Below are positions 37,982-51,579 of a DNA stretch of 64,000 bases, one piece after another. Position numbers and translations under genes: made by a program. This DNA comes from the human T2T-CHM13v2.0 reference genome, Homo sapiens. The stretch lies in assembly GCF_009914755.1 (NCBI RefSeq), contig NC_060938.1; one strand, 5' to 3'. How positions within the stretch are numbered: position 1 is the stretch's first letter; each line of letters opens with the position of its first letter. The notes beneath the pieces are model-generated. The model saw nothing but the letters and a program-made list of their open reading frames with translations. It was not told the origin of the DNA and searched no databases.

Positions 37982-40900
37982 ATATGTAGAAGCTAAAAAA
38001 TGTGTCTTTCTTTCAGACTGACTACCGGTACTGTTCAATGTGGTAGCCGCCAACCATATGTTGCTATTGAGCAGTGTGGCTGGTATGACGGAGATTCTGA
38101 AATTTTTGTTTTATTATGTACTTATGTCCTAGGCACTGAAGGCTTTAAATACATTTCTCATTCAGTCCTCACTCCAACACTATGAGGCTATAGGTTAGAG
38201 GCTAGTATTAGCCAGTGCAGGACTACAATATGCCATCTTTTATTTCCTTTTATGTGTTTTCTACCATGTAAACGATGGGCATTTGCCTTCATGTACCTTC
38301 TGAACTCATCTAATGAGTTTTGATATTATACAATCACAGGGATAATAACTCCACCCTATCCAAGCAGCTGTTGGAGAGTCATTAAAGGGTGATGATTAAG
38401 CATGAGGGTTTTGGAGTCAGACTTTCTAGGTGTAACCAAGGGCCCCTGGCCCTGTCACTTGCTAGCTTGCCCACAACCTTGAGGAGGTTCCCGCTGTCGA
38501 GAAGTTTCTCTATGCTTTGATCTCCATGATCATATATATGCATTTTCTCGCATTAAAACCAAGTGAATGCTCAGATTGACATTACTATAGGACACTTCAC
38601 AAAAAAAGAAAGTACTGGCTAGAGGTATGTTTCCTAAACACACATGGCAAACTACCCTTTCTTAAGCTATATTTGTATGCTCTGACAGCATGGCTATGGT
38701 GCAAATCTATCAACAAACTTGACCCTAAGAAGCCAGTTACATGACCTATAAAATGGGGATTGTGTTCATTGTTCTGTCTTAGAAAGTGGAAAGTTCTTTG
38801 AATACCTTAAAGCATTGCATGAATAATAATTGTACCTGCAGGTGTATTGTCTGGATTATCTACCACCCGTATACATTTTAGGACCATTTTTTATCTTGAC
38901 TTTCTACAATGAAGTTTACTTATGAAAGGTGAGAATAGGGGACTAAGAGATTTTCCATCTTGCTTTCTCATCCTTCATGGAGAATTCCACAATAGTAGAA
39001 ACGGTTCCAAAGTGAGGGACATGTGCACTGAATAAACACTTTCTCCCAGAGGTGTAGGAAGTGGCAGATGGTGCCATTCACCGTCTCTCAGCCAAACTCA
39101 CCCAGGTGGTGATGGCTGCCATTTGCCGAACATTTATGACATACTCCCCACTTCATGGGCAGCATCCTACTTAGTCTTGAAACCACCCATTAAGACAGCG
39201 TTGGTCTTATTCCCATTTTTTTAGATTAGGAACAGTCTATGGGAGTGTAGCTTAGTTTGGGAAATGCTGGTATTCAACCCAGAACCATCTGACTTAAGAG
39301 TCTTAATGTTTAATCACACTCTGCTCCTTCCTTAGATTCTCGTAAACACCCTAGAACAGTTGCATATCCTAGAAATTCTGGGTTTAACTCAAATCTTGAC
39401 AATTTAGAATTTTTCTCTCAAGTTAAATTATAGAATTCCCCCCTCAGGTTAAATCTCTGATTTCTGCCCAGTCTAGAAGTCAGCATTTCCTTGGGCATCT
39501 ATACATATTTGGCTTTATCTATATCATCGGTGTGGCCTCTGGAAGCCTTGTCAGCCTCTTTCTTTTTGCGATCTTGTTTTACCTTCTAGTGCCATATCTA
39601 TGCAAAAAGAAAGAACTTTTAAATGAAGGTTTGTTTTGCCATTTAATAGTCTTGCTTGGGGAGTGACAGAGTGGCAAGAAGGTGCTTAGTATTTTTTTAA
39701 TTTAATTTTTGTTTTATCAAGGAAACTTCCTTTCTTCTCTGTGAATTCCCAGCCACAGATAAACAGGCTTGTATCTTATAAGTTAAATACAATTACTGCT
39801 ATCAAACCTAGAGCCTTTTTCTCTCTCCCATAAATGTCTCTAAGAAGCTGATAAGCATTTCAAGGCAAACTGGAGCTTGGACTAATGCTAAAATTAAACA
39901 TAACCACCCAGAAGACAAAGAGACCAGATAGAAATACATAAAACATTTGAGGTGGTGGGAACACATGGACACAGGGCACATAGAAACTTGCCCCCAAAAC
40001 ATTAGGTTAATACATAGCTCAAGGTTATTTATAAAGGAATTAACATACACAAAGGAGCTTTTTATAATTATAAGGATTTACATCAGATAATAACAATTGT
40101 AGTAGCCAAAGATATTATTTATCTAGAATTCACTTGTGAACAGGGCATGCTTTTGGTCTACAGGGCTGTTGAGCAAAAGAATAATTTTGCTGCAACCCTC
40201 TGTAGGACTTTATAGGATGCACATTTACATTTTCCCCATTTTTAGTAGACTATCTTGGGATTTAAAGAAGAAGTTGGAATTTTAAAAATTAGAAAGCACA
40301 TCATATTTATTTAGCCATATGTTAAATGTTATAAATATTATAGTTTAGGGACTCAGTAAAATGAATAATTAAAAATTTGAGGGTCACTTCTAGGTACAAT
40401 GTAACCAGGGATGTAAGATAAAGAATTTCTTGATTTCCAACCATAATGCATCTATTTTAATTAAATAATATCTTTCAAGATTAGAAATACAGTGTAGTCA
40501 CACTTTATGGGATTTTTAAAATTATACTTATCTGAAATAGTGTGACATAAATAAAAATATTAATAACATCTCCCTCTATGTGAGGCATCAGTAATAACAT
40601 ACATTCTTCTGAATTAAAACAATCATCAAATATTGCATAATTTCAAAGCTGGTTAGTGAATTACAAGTTTTGTTTTCCCTATTGTCACATGGAAGCTCTA
40701 GTTTAAGTAGTTAATACAAATTCTGGCCTGCAGAAGTTGTCTCTAATTATGAAAACTTAGAATTATTATCCCAGCCATAAAATACAATTACCCTGTACCG
40801 TTTTTCCTCTGCCCCAGAGCTGCCTGAACACCAAGTGTCCTACCACCCATACAAGAGCATAGTTTTATTTATGGGAAAAGTTTCCAAGTTCCAGTCTCTT

Positions 40901-41669
40901 CAATTTAAATTTTGCACAAGGTTGCAGAGTCTCTCTAGTTATTTAAAGTCTAAAAAGAACACTGAGCTTCTTTGAGAAAGGTGGTACATAAATATCCAAT
41001 AATAATAATATATATTCACATACAGTATGTCATTTATACTTCTATAAAGCAGAGAAGGTAATGAAAGGTGCTCTATACTGTAAATCACTCAATCGATTGT
41101 AATCATATTGCAGCTCATCTCAAAGAGATAAAGACCTTCCACTCCTCTAAAATCCCTGTCAATATCCTAGCAGGCTGAAGAGAGGGGAAAGGGGGTCAGA
41201 AGAGGAAGGAGGGAATGAGTCAAGGACAAAGCGGCACTTTGAGTCTTCAGTTCATGGAGTTAACATGAATTTGATTGGATTCCCAGTGATATTTACAGTT
41301 TTCTCCATAAGATGCATTTCTTTTCCACACGGTACTTTTACAGCCTTTCAGTAAGTCCCTGATGCTCTGTGTTGGCCTTGATGGCATAGTTTACTAAGTG
41401 CCAATGGTAGATATATAGCACAGCATAAGAAGACTTAGGGACTAAGTTTATAAGTAGCAAATGTCAATTCGACAGAACTTAAATGCTGAAGTGTATATCA
41501 AACAATAGAAGTCGATTGATCATGGGCTAGCAAAAAATTTATATTGCACTTTCAAACAGCAGAAACACTGTAAAAACCTTTTTACTAACTGCTGTTGCCT
41601 TTAATGTAATAGAAGTATTCCCCTATCCTCATCACCGGGGTAGCTCTGAGTGGAGCCATTTCTTTATGC

Positions 41670-41825
41670 ACTTATTCATTCACCTTCATTCACTATTCAA
41701 CAAACATTTGTTCCACATCTACTTTATATGTGAATTCATACTAGGTGATGGGTATATGGTGAAAAATGAAACACAGCTCCTGACCTCAAGGATCCTCAAG
41801 TGTAGTTGAAGAGAAATACAAGTAC
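41670..41825 (-). mobile_element. L2 3' end
   Basis: TTCATTCACTATTCAACAAACATTTG...CTAGGTGATGGG...CCTGACCTCAAGG. Confidence 0.75.
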
Positions 41826-42309
41826 ACAAGGAAGACATTTTTATTGAGCAGTTATTAATTGCCAGGTAGGGTACTGGGTTCTTGTATCAAGTCTTTGCAG
41901 TAGCCCCAAGGGGTAGATATTACTGTTATCATTTCACAAATGAGAATCTGGAGCTTCTCCTAGGGTCAAGCTAGCACATGAATACCTGGAACTGAAGCCT
42001 GTATGTCTTAGAAGGCAAACCCAAAGCTCCCGTACGCTGCCCTATCTTGAACCTACAATTCCACAAAGTGAAAGAAGGTGCTACTATTGAGGTGAGATCC
42101 AAGTTCAGTAGCGGGTACACATAAATGCCTAATGGAGCCTGAAGATCAGACAGGGGCGAGCATGGAATACAATTTGGGATGTGACCTTGAATTATCTGGA
42201 ACAATGCCAATAAGCTCTGCTCCCCTACCTAGTGTGAAAGATGACATGACAACTTATACCTTTCTCATTGAGGAAATTAATGACCATGGAATTCTTTCTT
42301 TTACTTAAA

Positions 42310-42440
42310 TTTTTTTTTTACAGTTTTATTGAGGGATGATTGATAGGCAAAAAAATCCTGCGCATACTTTGATGAGTTTAGACATGTGCGTACACCTGTG
42401 ATACCTTCAACACAGTCAAAATAAACACATTCATCGTACC
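42310..42440 (-). mobile_element. Old L1M 3'-end fragment
   Basis: TTTTACAGTTTTATTGAGG...TTTGATGAGTTTAGACATGTGCGTACACCTGTG. Confidence 0.7.
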
Positions 42441-43084
42441 TTATTTTACTTAGTGTCATCTCCCCAGTGGTTCCAAGGTAGAAGTATTAATCTCCCTCGT
42501 TTACAGATGAGTAAACCAAGGTTCAGGGAGGTTGAGCACATTTGCTGTGGTCACTGTCCACCAAGGGTCAACTCTGAGATTCCACACAGATATGTTTGCC
42601 CTCATTTGCCCTCACAACCTAATACCCAGGTTGCCCACTCCACTTTTCCAATGTCTTCCAAGAGCACTCCAGTTTGCATCATCTACAGAGCTCAAATTCA
42701 CATGGTTGACAGATACAAATTCACATGCAAATGTACTATTATTTCCTACATCCCAGTGCATGCAGAACACTGTAATCCCATTATTAAACATTTACTAGAA
42801 ATGTGCTTCTGCCTGATGCACAATTGCCAGCCTCAATGTTTAATTAAACTAGATTTGTTTTCATTTTAATCACATTAGAGAAATGTGTTTTTCTCAGAGT
42901 TCAGTGGTGAAATCTTCATTCCAAATGCCTCCAAGTGACTGAAAACTGTATATCCCAGAGGAAGGGATGAGGGTATTACAACCTATCCTTGCATAAAATA
43001 TTTTAGGGGAAAAATATTAATTAATAACAGGTAAGACTGGGATACACTATTTGTTTTTGAATCATCATAGCATCCTGGAAAGGG

Positions 43085-43210
43085 GTCCTATTATTATTAT
43101 TACCATTTTAGAGATGAGGAAACGAAGTCTGAGTGGTTAAGTAACACACTCCAGTGTTGCACAGCTAGTAGGTGGCAGAACCAACATTTGGATGTAGACA
43201 GGGAAACCCT
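43085..43210 (-). mobile_element. MIR SINE
   Basis: CCATTTTAGAGATGAGGAAACGAAGTCTGAGTGGTTAAGTAAC...CACAGCTAGTAGGTGGCAGAACC. Confidence 0.8.
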
Positions 43211-43228
43211 GATATCTTTATTTAGATT

Positions 43229-43527
43229 AGGGATCACCAAACCTTTTCCCCCAAAGGCCAAATAACAAGTAGCATAGGCTTTAGAAACCAACCTATCTTA
43301 TAAATATAAATATATTTAGATATTAACTTCAATATTTTATTAATATAAATATGATATGATTTGCATGATCTTTGTTGCAGTTATTCCAGTCTGCTGTTAT
43401 AATGCAAAATCTACTATAGACAATACATAAATGAATAGGCACAGCTGTATTCTAATAAAACTTGCTTTACAAAAACAAGCTGTGATGAACCACGTTTCCC
43501 CATTAGGTTTAGCTGGGGGAACCCTGA
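43229..43527 (+). mobile_element. MER58-type hAT MITE with AT-rich interior
   Basis: AGGGATCACCAAAC...AAAGGCCA...ATAGACAATACATAAATGAAT...CTAATAAAACTT...AACCCTG. Confidence 0.7.
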
Positions 43528-44376
43528 TTTAAATCACGGATAGTTGGAAGCCTACAGCTTTTACTAATCCATCAGCTTTATTTTTTGAATTGTCTTATCT
43601 GTTTGGAATAAAGAGAGCAAGAGTATCTCTAAGTGGATGGGTTAAATCCCTAGAGAGACAGAGAATAGTACTACCGTGTAGGGTGACATAGACCTACTGG
43701 TGAGGTTAATTCAGGATAAAGAAATAAAGAGATACAATATGTAAGAAGGACAGGCACTCCATTTACCTATAGTTAAAAATGACAAACAACAAAATAGCTA
43801 AATACCATTTTTTTAATTCAACACCAAAGACAGACACAGATTCCATTCTAGAGCAAGATTTGAAGATGATGGACAGAAAGCATTGTTTCTTTACTTCTGT
43901 TACTTCTACTTAATAAGCCGTGGTGATTTAAATACACCCCTCTCTCCTAAAAAAATAGTGCTTACTTTTCTTTTAAATTCAAGAATTTTGATTAGCCACC
44001 CTAGCCTATTTCTCATAGCCCTTATGCATAAAGGTGCCAGTTGATGCCTTGCATTGATCTTTCTTTTCTCCTACCCGCACCCTGATTGATATGTCTGTCT
44101 TCTAAGTCTTAGAGAGCATGCCCTTCATTATCTCAGCATTGGTTGTCCCTGTCTTGCTGCTGAGAGCTTCCTGCTTGAGCTTCAGTTCCATTTTCAAGCC
44201 ATTGATCTGATGTTCTGAGGATGGACTAGCCCACTTTAGAGGTGGCTCAGCCCACTTCATGCTATTGAGTTTTAGAGATTTTAGAATCAGATCCCCTATT
44301 TATTAAAGCAGCAAGACCAGGCTATCAGTTTTTATAGATGTGCATATGCCTAAAACCATGTAGTATTTAAAATAAA

Positions 44377-44513
44377 TTTTGACCTACATCCTCCTATTCC
44401 CCACCACGCCTGGTACCCACCATTTTACTTTCTCTTTCTATGTATTTCCTTCACTTTTATTTTTTGCTTTTTGGATTCCAAAAAGTGAGATTGTATAGTA
44501 TTTTTTTTCTGTG
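44377..44513 (-). mobile_element. L1MA 3'UTR fragment, inverted 5' segment
   Basis: TTTGACCTACATCCTCCTATTCCCC...CCTGGTACCCACCATTTTACT...GGATTCC...AAGTGAGAT...TTTCTGTG. Confidence 0.75.
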
Positions 44514-44794
44514 CAAAGTTATAAGGGATGAATAAGTCTAGAGATCTAATGTACAACATAAGGACTATATTTAATAATATTGTATTATTATATATTGATA
44601 ATTTGCCAAGAGAGTAGATTTTAGGTATTCATACGACAAAGAAGAAAGAAAGGAAAGGGAGAGAAACAATCACTGTATGAGATGATGGGCATGTTACTTT
44701 GCTTGACTACAGTCATTTCAGTGTTTATATGTATATCAAGATTACATATATACCTTATATGTATATATACCTTAAATATATACTTTTTTTAAAA
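44514..44794 (+). mobile_element. L1MA9/10-like 3' end
   Basis: GGATGAATAAGTCTAGAGATCTAATGTACAACATAAGGACTATA...TTTGCCAAGAGAGTAGATTTTAGG. Confidence 0.8.
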
Positions 44795-47700
44795 GCCAAA
44801 CTAAAGCACACTGGGTTTTTATTTACAAAATAGGGACCCCCTTCACAGTTTGCTGACCTCAATTTTGACTCCAATTAAGTTATCAAAGTTCTAACTACCA
44901 GAATAGAAAGCATATACTGCCAGATTTGGCCCTATAGTGCAAGAAAAGTGGTCACAGTTTTCTTAATCCTCTTTTAAAAAGGAAAGAAACAAACATAGTA
45001 GGTAATCAGTAAATATTAAACTGTACAACTGAGGTTTTTGGAGCTTTCTGACTTCAATGACTGCATATACACAACAAAAATATAAGTTGTTATACAGCAT
45101 CCTTGACAAGCATTAACTATAAATACTTTTATAACAAAAGAAAAATATCATTTACTACAAAACTTTTAAGCTTTTGCTTTAGAAATGTTTCTTTATTGAA
45201 ACAAATATGATTTTATTGAAATATTTTTTATATTAGTACGATGACTCTTTATTGGTCTCAAAGGGTGGATTGCCAAGTATAATTAAACAAAATGATAAAT
45301 AGGAGGAAGATTTCAGTATCCTTGACAGAAAAATACATATAAATCTAATATAGATATATATGTAAAAAGTAAATCTAAAATCTTAGCCAAGGTTTAGAAA
45401 TCTTATTACTTCATTTTTATACCTTTATAAAACTGTTGCGAGGTGCTGTTTCAAATAAAATAAAAATTTATGTAAGTAAAATACAAGCTAAAATAGAACT
45501 GAAATGTCTTTAGGTTTACAAAATGAATAGCTGGATTAGTTTACTGAATTTTTTTCTGTGGTATGGGTGGCACTGGATCTCTAGAATCGGTAAAAATAAA
45601 GGCAATATATTGTTCTCAGGGAGCAATTGAGCTCTCCTAGAGGAGGCAAACCAAGTGAAATCTAATAGTTTTGCTTCATTCTGTGACTTTCCCCCGCTAT
45701 GACCTCAGAATTTTGAGCTACAAGTAGGTCTATAAAGGGAATTTTGGAATACTCTTAATAGATCTGTTCTTGAAATAAGTCAGCTAAACTGAGTGAGGTG
45801 CTTTGCCAACACATTAACTGAAAGTCCTGACCAACCCTGATCCCAGACCTTCATGGACAATTCTCTTGTTTTATTTCCATTTCCAGTAGTTGTATGTAAT
45901 TCTTCTAAGAGACTTGTTCCAAGCCAACCTTCCTAGTGGTCTTGTTGAAATGAGATAGTGGTTGTAGGTATCATTGATGAACACATAGGCCAAAACATTA
46001 TTGAACTATTCAGAAAGTAAATCTAGCTTATTCTGTGGCTGCATAATTATATAACTGTAGCTTTCTGTCAGGTTACAGTGGCTTTAATTTTCTGATCAAA
46101 TAAAACAATCAATATAATTGTACTTTGTTCCTCCCTCTTCTGGCTTCGATTCTTTGATTTGTGCCACTCACCACTCTCATTCTTCCAACCTCCCCCCTAC
46201 TCCACTGGCCCCTGCAGCTACTTAGAATAGCTAGCTGTTGATTAAAGGGACCAAGAGTTTGAGCAGTTACTGTATACTTTCAAACCTCACTGCCATTTGG
46301 AAGTGAAGTCCCAACTGACATAGCCAAACTGTAAGGACAAAAGCAACTCTAATACCTGCTTTCCTTTGTTTATAGCAACTGCTCAAATTCTCCTCTAAAA
46401 GTATTCATTAAGCATCCTTCTCTATAAATCTCTGTGGTAGAAACTGAATAATAGGACTTGAACCATTATTCAATCAGACCAAGTTTAAACCCAGGTTAAG
46501 GAAAGAGGAAGTCTACACGTCTTTGCTGCTCACTGTGTTTAGTATATATCCTCTATAATTCACAATCAAAAGTAAATCTTTGGACAGCATTCTTGTTTGG
46601 GTTAGAAGAAAAATTTCAATCCTTGTTCAGAAGTCTAAGCACTTGTGAGGATTCCAATATGATTTTTAAAGGCCACCATCCCTGATAGTCAGAAATAAAA
46701 ACATTAAACCAAGAAGACTGCAGGCTTTCTTCTCACCTGTCCATCTCTTGTCCTAATTACACCTTATACTTACTAATGTTGTAAGTGCTTTTTGACAAGA
46801 CAGCAATGGTACATCAATAGATACTGCATGAACTTGAGTAGGCAAATCAAGTCACTCAGAGGCCTTCTTTTAATCTCTTGGATCATTATTGCAAAGATAA
46901 AAGCAGGTTTCTGAAGGAGTGAAATTCAAAGGAACCTAGTAATTAGAATGGTGAAAATACCAGGTCACCCGGTCCGTTTCCCTGCTTGGTTCAGATATTT
47001 CTAACAATATGTACTAGTTTAATTTTATTCATCTAATTTAAAATGAGAGACTTTATCTTTCTTCCACCAAGATAATAGATCTGATTTCTCCTCTTTGGCT
47101 TAAATTTTTTTTTTCATTCACATCTTTTATTATTAGGGTTGTCAGTTGAAATTATTTTGAATAATTTCTTTAAATCATGGATTTTTTTCTTACATCTCAT
47201 ATCTAGGAGCTATTTCTTGTTGCAAGGTGCAAGGTTCTATGGCACATACAAAAGCATGCTTTCATTTGGGATATTTATAAAATCTCTCTATACACACACA
47301 CCCATCAATGGGCAAATATAAAAAGTATTGCCTTTGTGCTAGCATGTAGTTAATATTCAATGAATATCTTTACACGTAAAATCACCTATAATCTTTAGAC
47401 ATGTTCCTCAGATAGCCAAGATTTAATATTACATATAAAGTCATATGAAATAGCTTAAAGAAGGAAGAGGCATTGTTATTTTATGTATATGTCTCAAATG
47501 TTATAAAGGTTATAAGAACCTTTCTGAACATCGAAAACTTCAAAGCTAATAGTTTAATAGTTTGTTGGATACCTGCCATCTTTTGAGGTGGCCAATAGTT
47601 GTCAACTTTTTGAGTATCCTTGAGCACTGAAGGTATGTCAATGTTTGGTTTCATTGTGTGTTAAGGAGGGAATTATAGAAGTAGAATGGAGTAAAAAGCT

Positions 47701-48263
47701 TAAAAAAGAAAAAGCACTGCTTCTAAGGTGATTCTAATTTCATAGGAAAAAAATACTTTAAGGACTAATATTCAATACAGAGTAGCGGAATCTGGGTGCC
47801 AGATAAATATTTAACATTTGTGGATAATTTTACATAATCATTGGCCACTTTCTTAAAAGTGTTTTTTAAAGCCCTAATTTTAAAAAATGCTATTCTGGCC
47901 ATCACATTTACAATGTGAATAATATTTGAGTCATGACGTAACTATAAGTTACTTCTAATGATTGATTGTCACTTGAGTTGTAAATCACAGCATTTAGCAG
48001 TGCTAGTTGTCCTTACTTTTGGTAACCCCTTAGTCCCTGGATCTTGATCATTTTGGGGTCTTTACTCTAGAGTCTATCTTTGCTCTAGAGTCTAGCTGCC
48101 ATTCACATGCTAAAGAAATGCCCCTTAAATAGTACCTATAACATCCTAAGGAAATGATTTCTAAACTCTTCTCAATGAGTTTAAAAAGGCTGCTTTTTGC
48201 TAATCCATAAACTTTAACAGGGGCTGAAGAGGCAGTGCCTGCTTTTTAAAAACCAATGTTGCA

Positions 48264-48462
48264 GGCTGGGCGCAGTGGCTCACACCTACAGATGCATGCC
48301 TATAGTCGCAGCTATTTGGGCGGCTGAGGCAGGGGAAGGCGGGAAAATTGCTTGAGCCCAGGAGGTGAAGGTTGCAGGGAGCTAAGATCCTGCCATTGTA
48401 CTCCAGCCTGGGCGATGAGAGTGAAACCCTGTCTCAAAACAAAACAGAACAACAGAAAAAAA
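48264..48462 (+). mobile_element. AluJ-like element lacking most of the left monomer, 15-bp TSD
   Basis: GGCTGGGCGCAGTGGCTCACACCT fused to right arm (TTGCTTGAGCCCAGGAGG...CCCTGTCTC); TSD AAAACCAATGTTGCA (48249-63) / AAAACCAAGGTTGCA (48466-80). Confidence 0.9.
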
Positions 48463-48493
48463 GGTAAAACCAAGGTTGCAAGGTAGGACTGTT

Positions 48494-48526
48494 TGTGTGT
48501 GTGTGTGTGTATGTGTGTGTGTGTGT
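48494..48526. repeat. (TG)n microsatellite
   Basis: TGTGTGTGTGTGTGTGTATGTGTGTGTGTGTGT. Confidence 0.95.
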
Positions 48527-49394
48527 CTAGTTTTGATCTTTAATGAGAGTTTTGGTTTGTTTCTATTGTTGTGTGTTAGTAGGGAATGTGGTGGAGGAGT
48601 GCCTTTCTAGTCTAAGTATACGTAAGTGTATTCATGACCAGTATTCAAAGGGTATTCATACCCTGCAGGGACATAAATGGTTTTGTTTTGGAATGTTAGG
48701 GTTAAGAATGAAAGTGATGGCCCTGTTTGCTCAGAAAAAAAAGAAGGTAATCCTTCAGTGCTCTCTGTGAAATCATGTATGGAATGAAAAAATTCATTGA
48801 TGGGGTGAGAGGTCTCAGTGCCAGCAAGTCTTACTAGTAAATTCAGAATTCAGCCTGCTGTTCCTAGAGATCTTCCTCTCCACTCCTCATCCAAAGAGTG
48901 ATAGAAGGAGGTCAGATAAGTAGGTCCTTGTCCCTTTAGGGAGCTACTTAACTCTACTCATTATCGTCTTGGAGTCAATCCCCACCTCATTCCCTGCTCT
49001 TCCCCTAGTCTGTGTCTAGAATCAAGGATCAGAGAAGCATCAACACATGCATCAACCTTTCTCCAATTTTCCTTCCCTTTCCCAACTCCCTCAGCCTTAC
49101 CCTCTCCTCTCAGGAACTGCATTATTGCATCTCTTCTTTTGGATTTGGTAATTCTTTCCTTAGAAAGAGGAACAGGGCTAAGGATAGGCAACAGGGGCCC
49201 AGCTGTCCATGTCTCCATCCTTGGACCCCTAAGACTTTTGCCACACAAACTCCTTTGAATCTGGAGACTGCAACGGAGCTGCTTCCCTCCTCCTGCTGAG
49301 CCTTCATGGAAATCCTCATAGGAGATAGTGTTTCCTTTACCCACTCTCGGACCCCTGTTCTTCCTGGATCTCCTGAATTCCTGGCTATATCATT

Positions 49395-49820
49395 TAGGTT
49401 CGCTGCATTGCAAACCACTCCAAAATTTCCGTGGCTCATGTGAGTGTTTTTTTCTCTTCTGGGTTGGCTTGGATGGAGCTAGATGATCTTGATGGCCTCA
49501 TGTACCCCTCTGGGGTCTCAGTTCAGATAGCCGAGTAGGTTCACATGGCTGGGTTTCTTTTCTCATGGAAGTTCACATGGCAATCTCAGGTGTAGGCAGC
49601 AGGCAAGGGCAAGCATTCATACACAGATGGCTCTTCAAGCTTCTGCTTATATCACATTTGCTAGTGCCCATATGCCCAAGCAAGTCTCACGGCCCACCCA
49701 GAACCCCAAGGGTGAAAAGATAGATTCAAACTGTTATGAGAGGAGTAAGAGTCTCACTGCCAAGAGACAGATTTTGAAATGGGATTGTAGCTATTTTTTT
49801 TTTTTTTCCAATTTAACACA
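49395..49820 (-). mobile_element. Old MLT1 (J/K-like) LTR
   Basis: GCAAACCACTCCAAAATTTCCGTGGCT...CAAGCTTCTGCTTATATCACATTTGCTAGTGCCCA...CAAGCAAGTCTCACGGCCCA. Confidence 0.7.
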
Positions 49821-51579
49821 CTGGAAAAGAAGAAAGGCTCTGGTTCTACTAATCATATTTCCCTCGTAAATTTTCTCCTTCCAACCCTGATTCAGGTCTC
49901 AAGCTGTGGTTGGAAATCAGTGACTTTCACTAAGGGATTGTCCTTTCTTTTCTTTAGGACATGGCTTTTTGAAATTAATCTTGATTCTTTCTGCCATATC
50001 CCAAGCCTTACATTTTTTTCCTTTTTTTCTCTATGTCTGATCATTTTGCTTTAAGTCAAATTGATTTTTTAAAAATTAAATGCCCATTAAGAAAATTATC
50101 CACATTCATGTTCCCTTGGATGCTTTCAAATATTTTATTTTCCTTTGCTTTTGGCAGTTACGATCTATCAGTGTTATTTGTAAAATGTCTTATATTTGTA
50201 TAGGGTATGTTCTCCCTTTCCTCTTTTCTTCTTTTCTTTTTAAACTAAGATAGATGTGTTATAAAACAGCCCCCATGCTGATCCATACTTTTCTCTAGAC
50301 ATTTCTGTGAGCTCAGTACTTTGTTGTTTATCATTATCCTTTGTTTGTAGCCAGATTTGAGGCCATGTTGCAGTTCTCACAAACAAATCAATTTGAATTA
50401 ATTTGCCAAGTAGAATTAACGAGGCATTGTATGAATTCAAGACATACTACAACTACTGCATCCCCTGAGGTTATTTCTTCTCTGGGAAAATTTTGATTCT
50501 TGTACCACATTTTAATAGTGTATATCTGACCTTTGAATCTTGCACTAAATGATACATGGCTGCCAGCTGGTTTAATTTTTGAGAAGCCTTAAAAATTCTA
50601 TGCAGCCAAACAAATAGGAGTGTAGACAATTCTTTAATTATTAACTTTACGGGGAGAAAGTTGTCTTCAAGATCGATACTCTCTGATGCTTGCTTGTTGC
50701 TAGGAGTTCTTTTTCTAATGATGTTCTAAGCAGAAGTTTGAGAAACATCAAAATAGAGAATATATATTTCTTAGATGGTCTTTGAGGTCTCCACAACCTA
50801 AAAATGATGGGCTCCTTCTCTCAAATTATAAGCTATAAATCCCAGCAAACTCTACTCCCAGAAACTGTTTTTATTTAATTATAAAATGGGAAAGCATTTA
50901 CTCTAAAGAGGGACCATGGTGATTACCTGAAATTCCTTCACTCCCTAAATGGACATCTACATCTGTCACTAATATATTATTTAGCAAAAGAATTTCCTTC
51001 AGACTATGATGACCAATGCAAACAAAATAAATAAGAAAATCCAGTCCCCTCCCACCCCTCACACGGTGAGGAAATGGTAATAGAGTTCTTCAAAGAAACT
51101 CTAATTTCTGGGTCTTAGATGAATAACATTAGAAGTGCTTAAGGAACTTGAATTCTAAGCCCCTTTAATGTTCGCTCAGAAATAATTAACAGGAGCCAGT
51201 CAGAATAGAAAACTAGTCTGGGAAAAGTGTCCTAAATTTTACACTGTATAATAGGATGGATCTCTTAAACTCGGGACTGATATATAAAACTTCTCCAGTG
51301 TTTCATTTGACCAAAAATTGGCACACATTTAGCTAGATTTAAAAAAGAATATGGTGATGGCTGAGAACTAACCTGGGCTCATTAAAAAACAAACAAACAA
51401 AAACTCACGCATGCTAGTGTAACTTTCTCTTGGATAGCAATAGCAAATTGGCAGGTGAGGAGGATATTATAAATACCATGCACAGTGTATCTTCATTTCC
51501 CTAAAGCAGTATACTGTAATGTACAGAGAACTATGAAGGGATCTTAAAGAGACCTGCCTGTGTTCCATCATTTGAAGCT

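Noticed and set aside
42453-42869. Longest ORF (138 aa)
   Set aside because: Begins in a MIR (LQMSKPRFREV is MIR core translation), non-ATG start, no splice or domain support
48961-49439. Overlapping 95-127 aa ORFs as a processed pseudogene or microprotein
   Set aside because: No homology I can recognise, no poly-A tail or TSD, locally higher GC explains ORF length; a tblastn/BLASTx search would settle it
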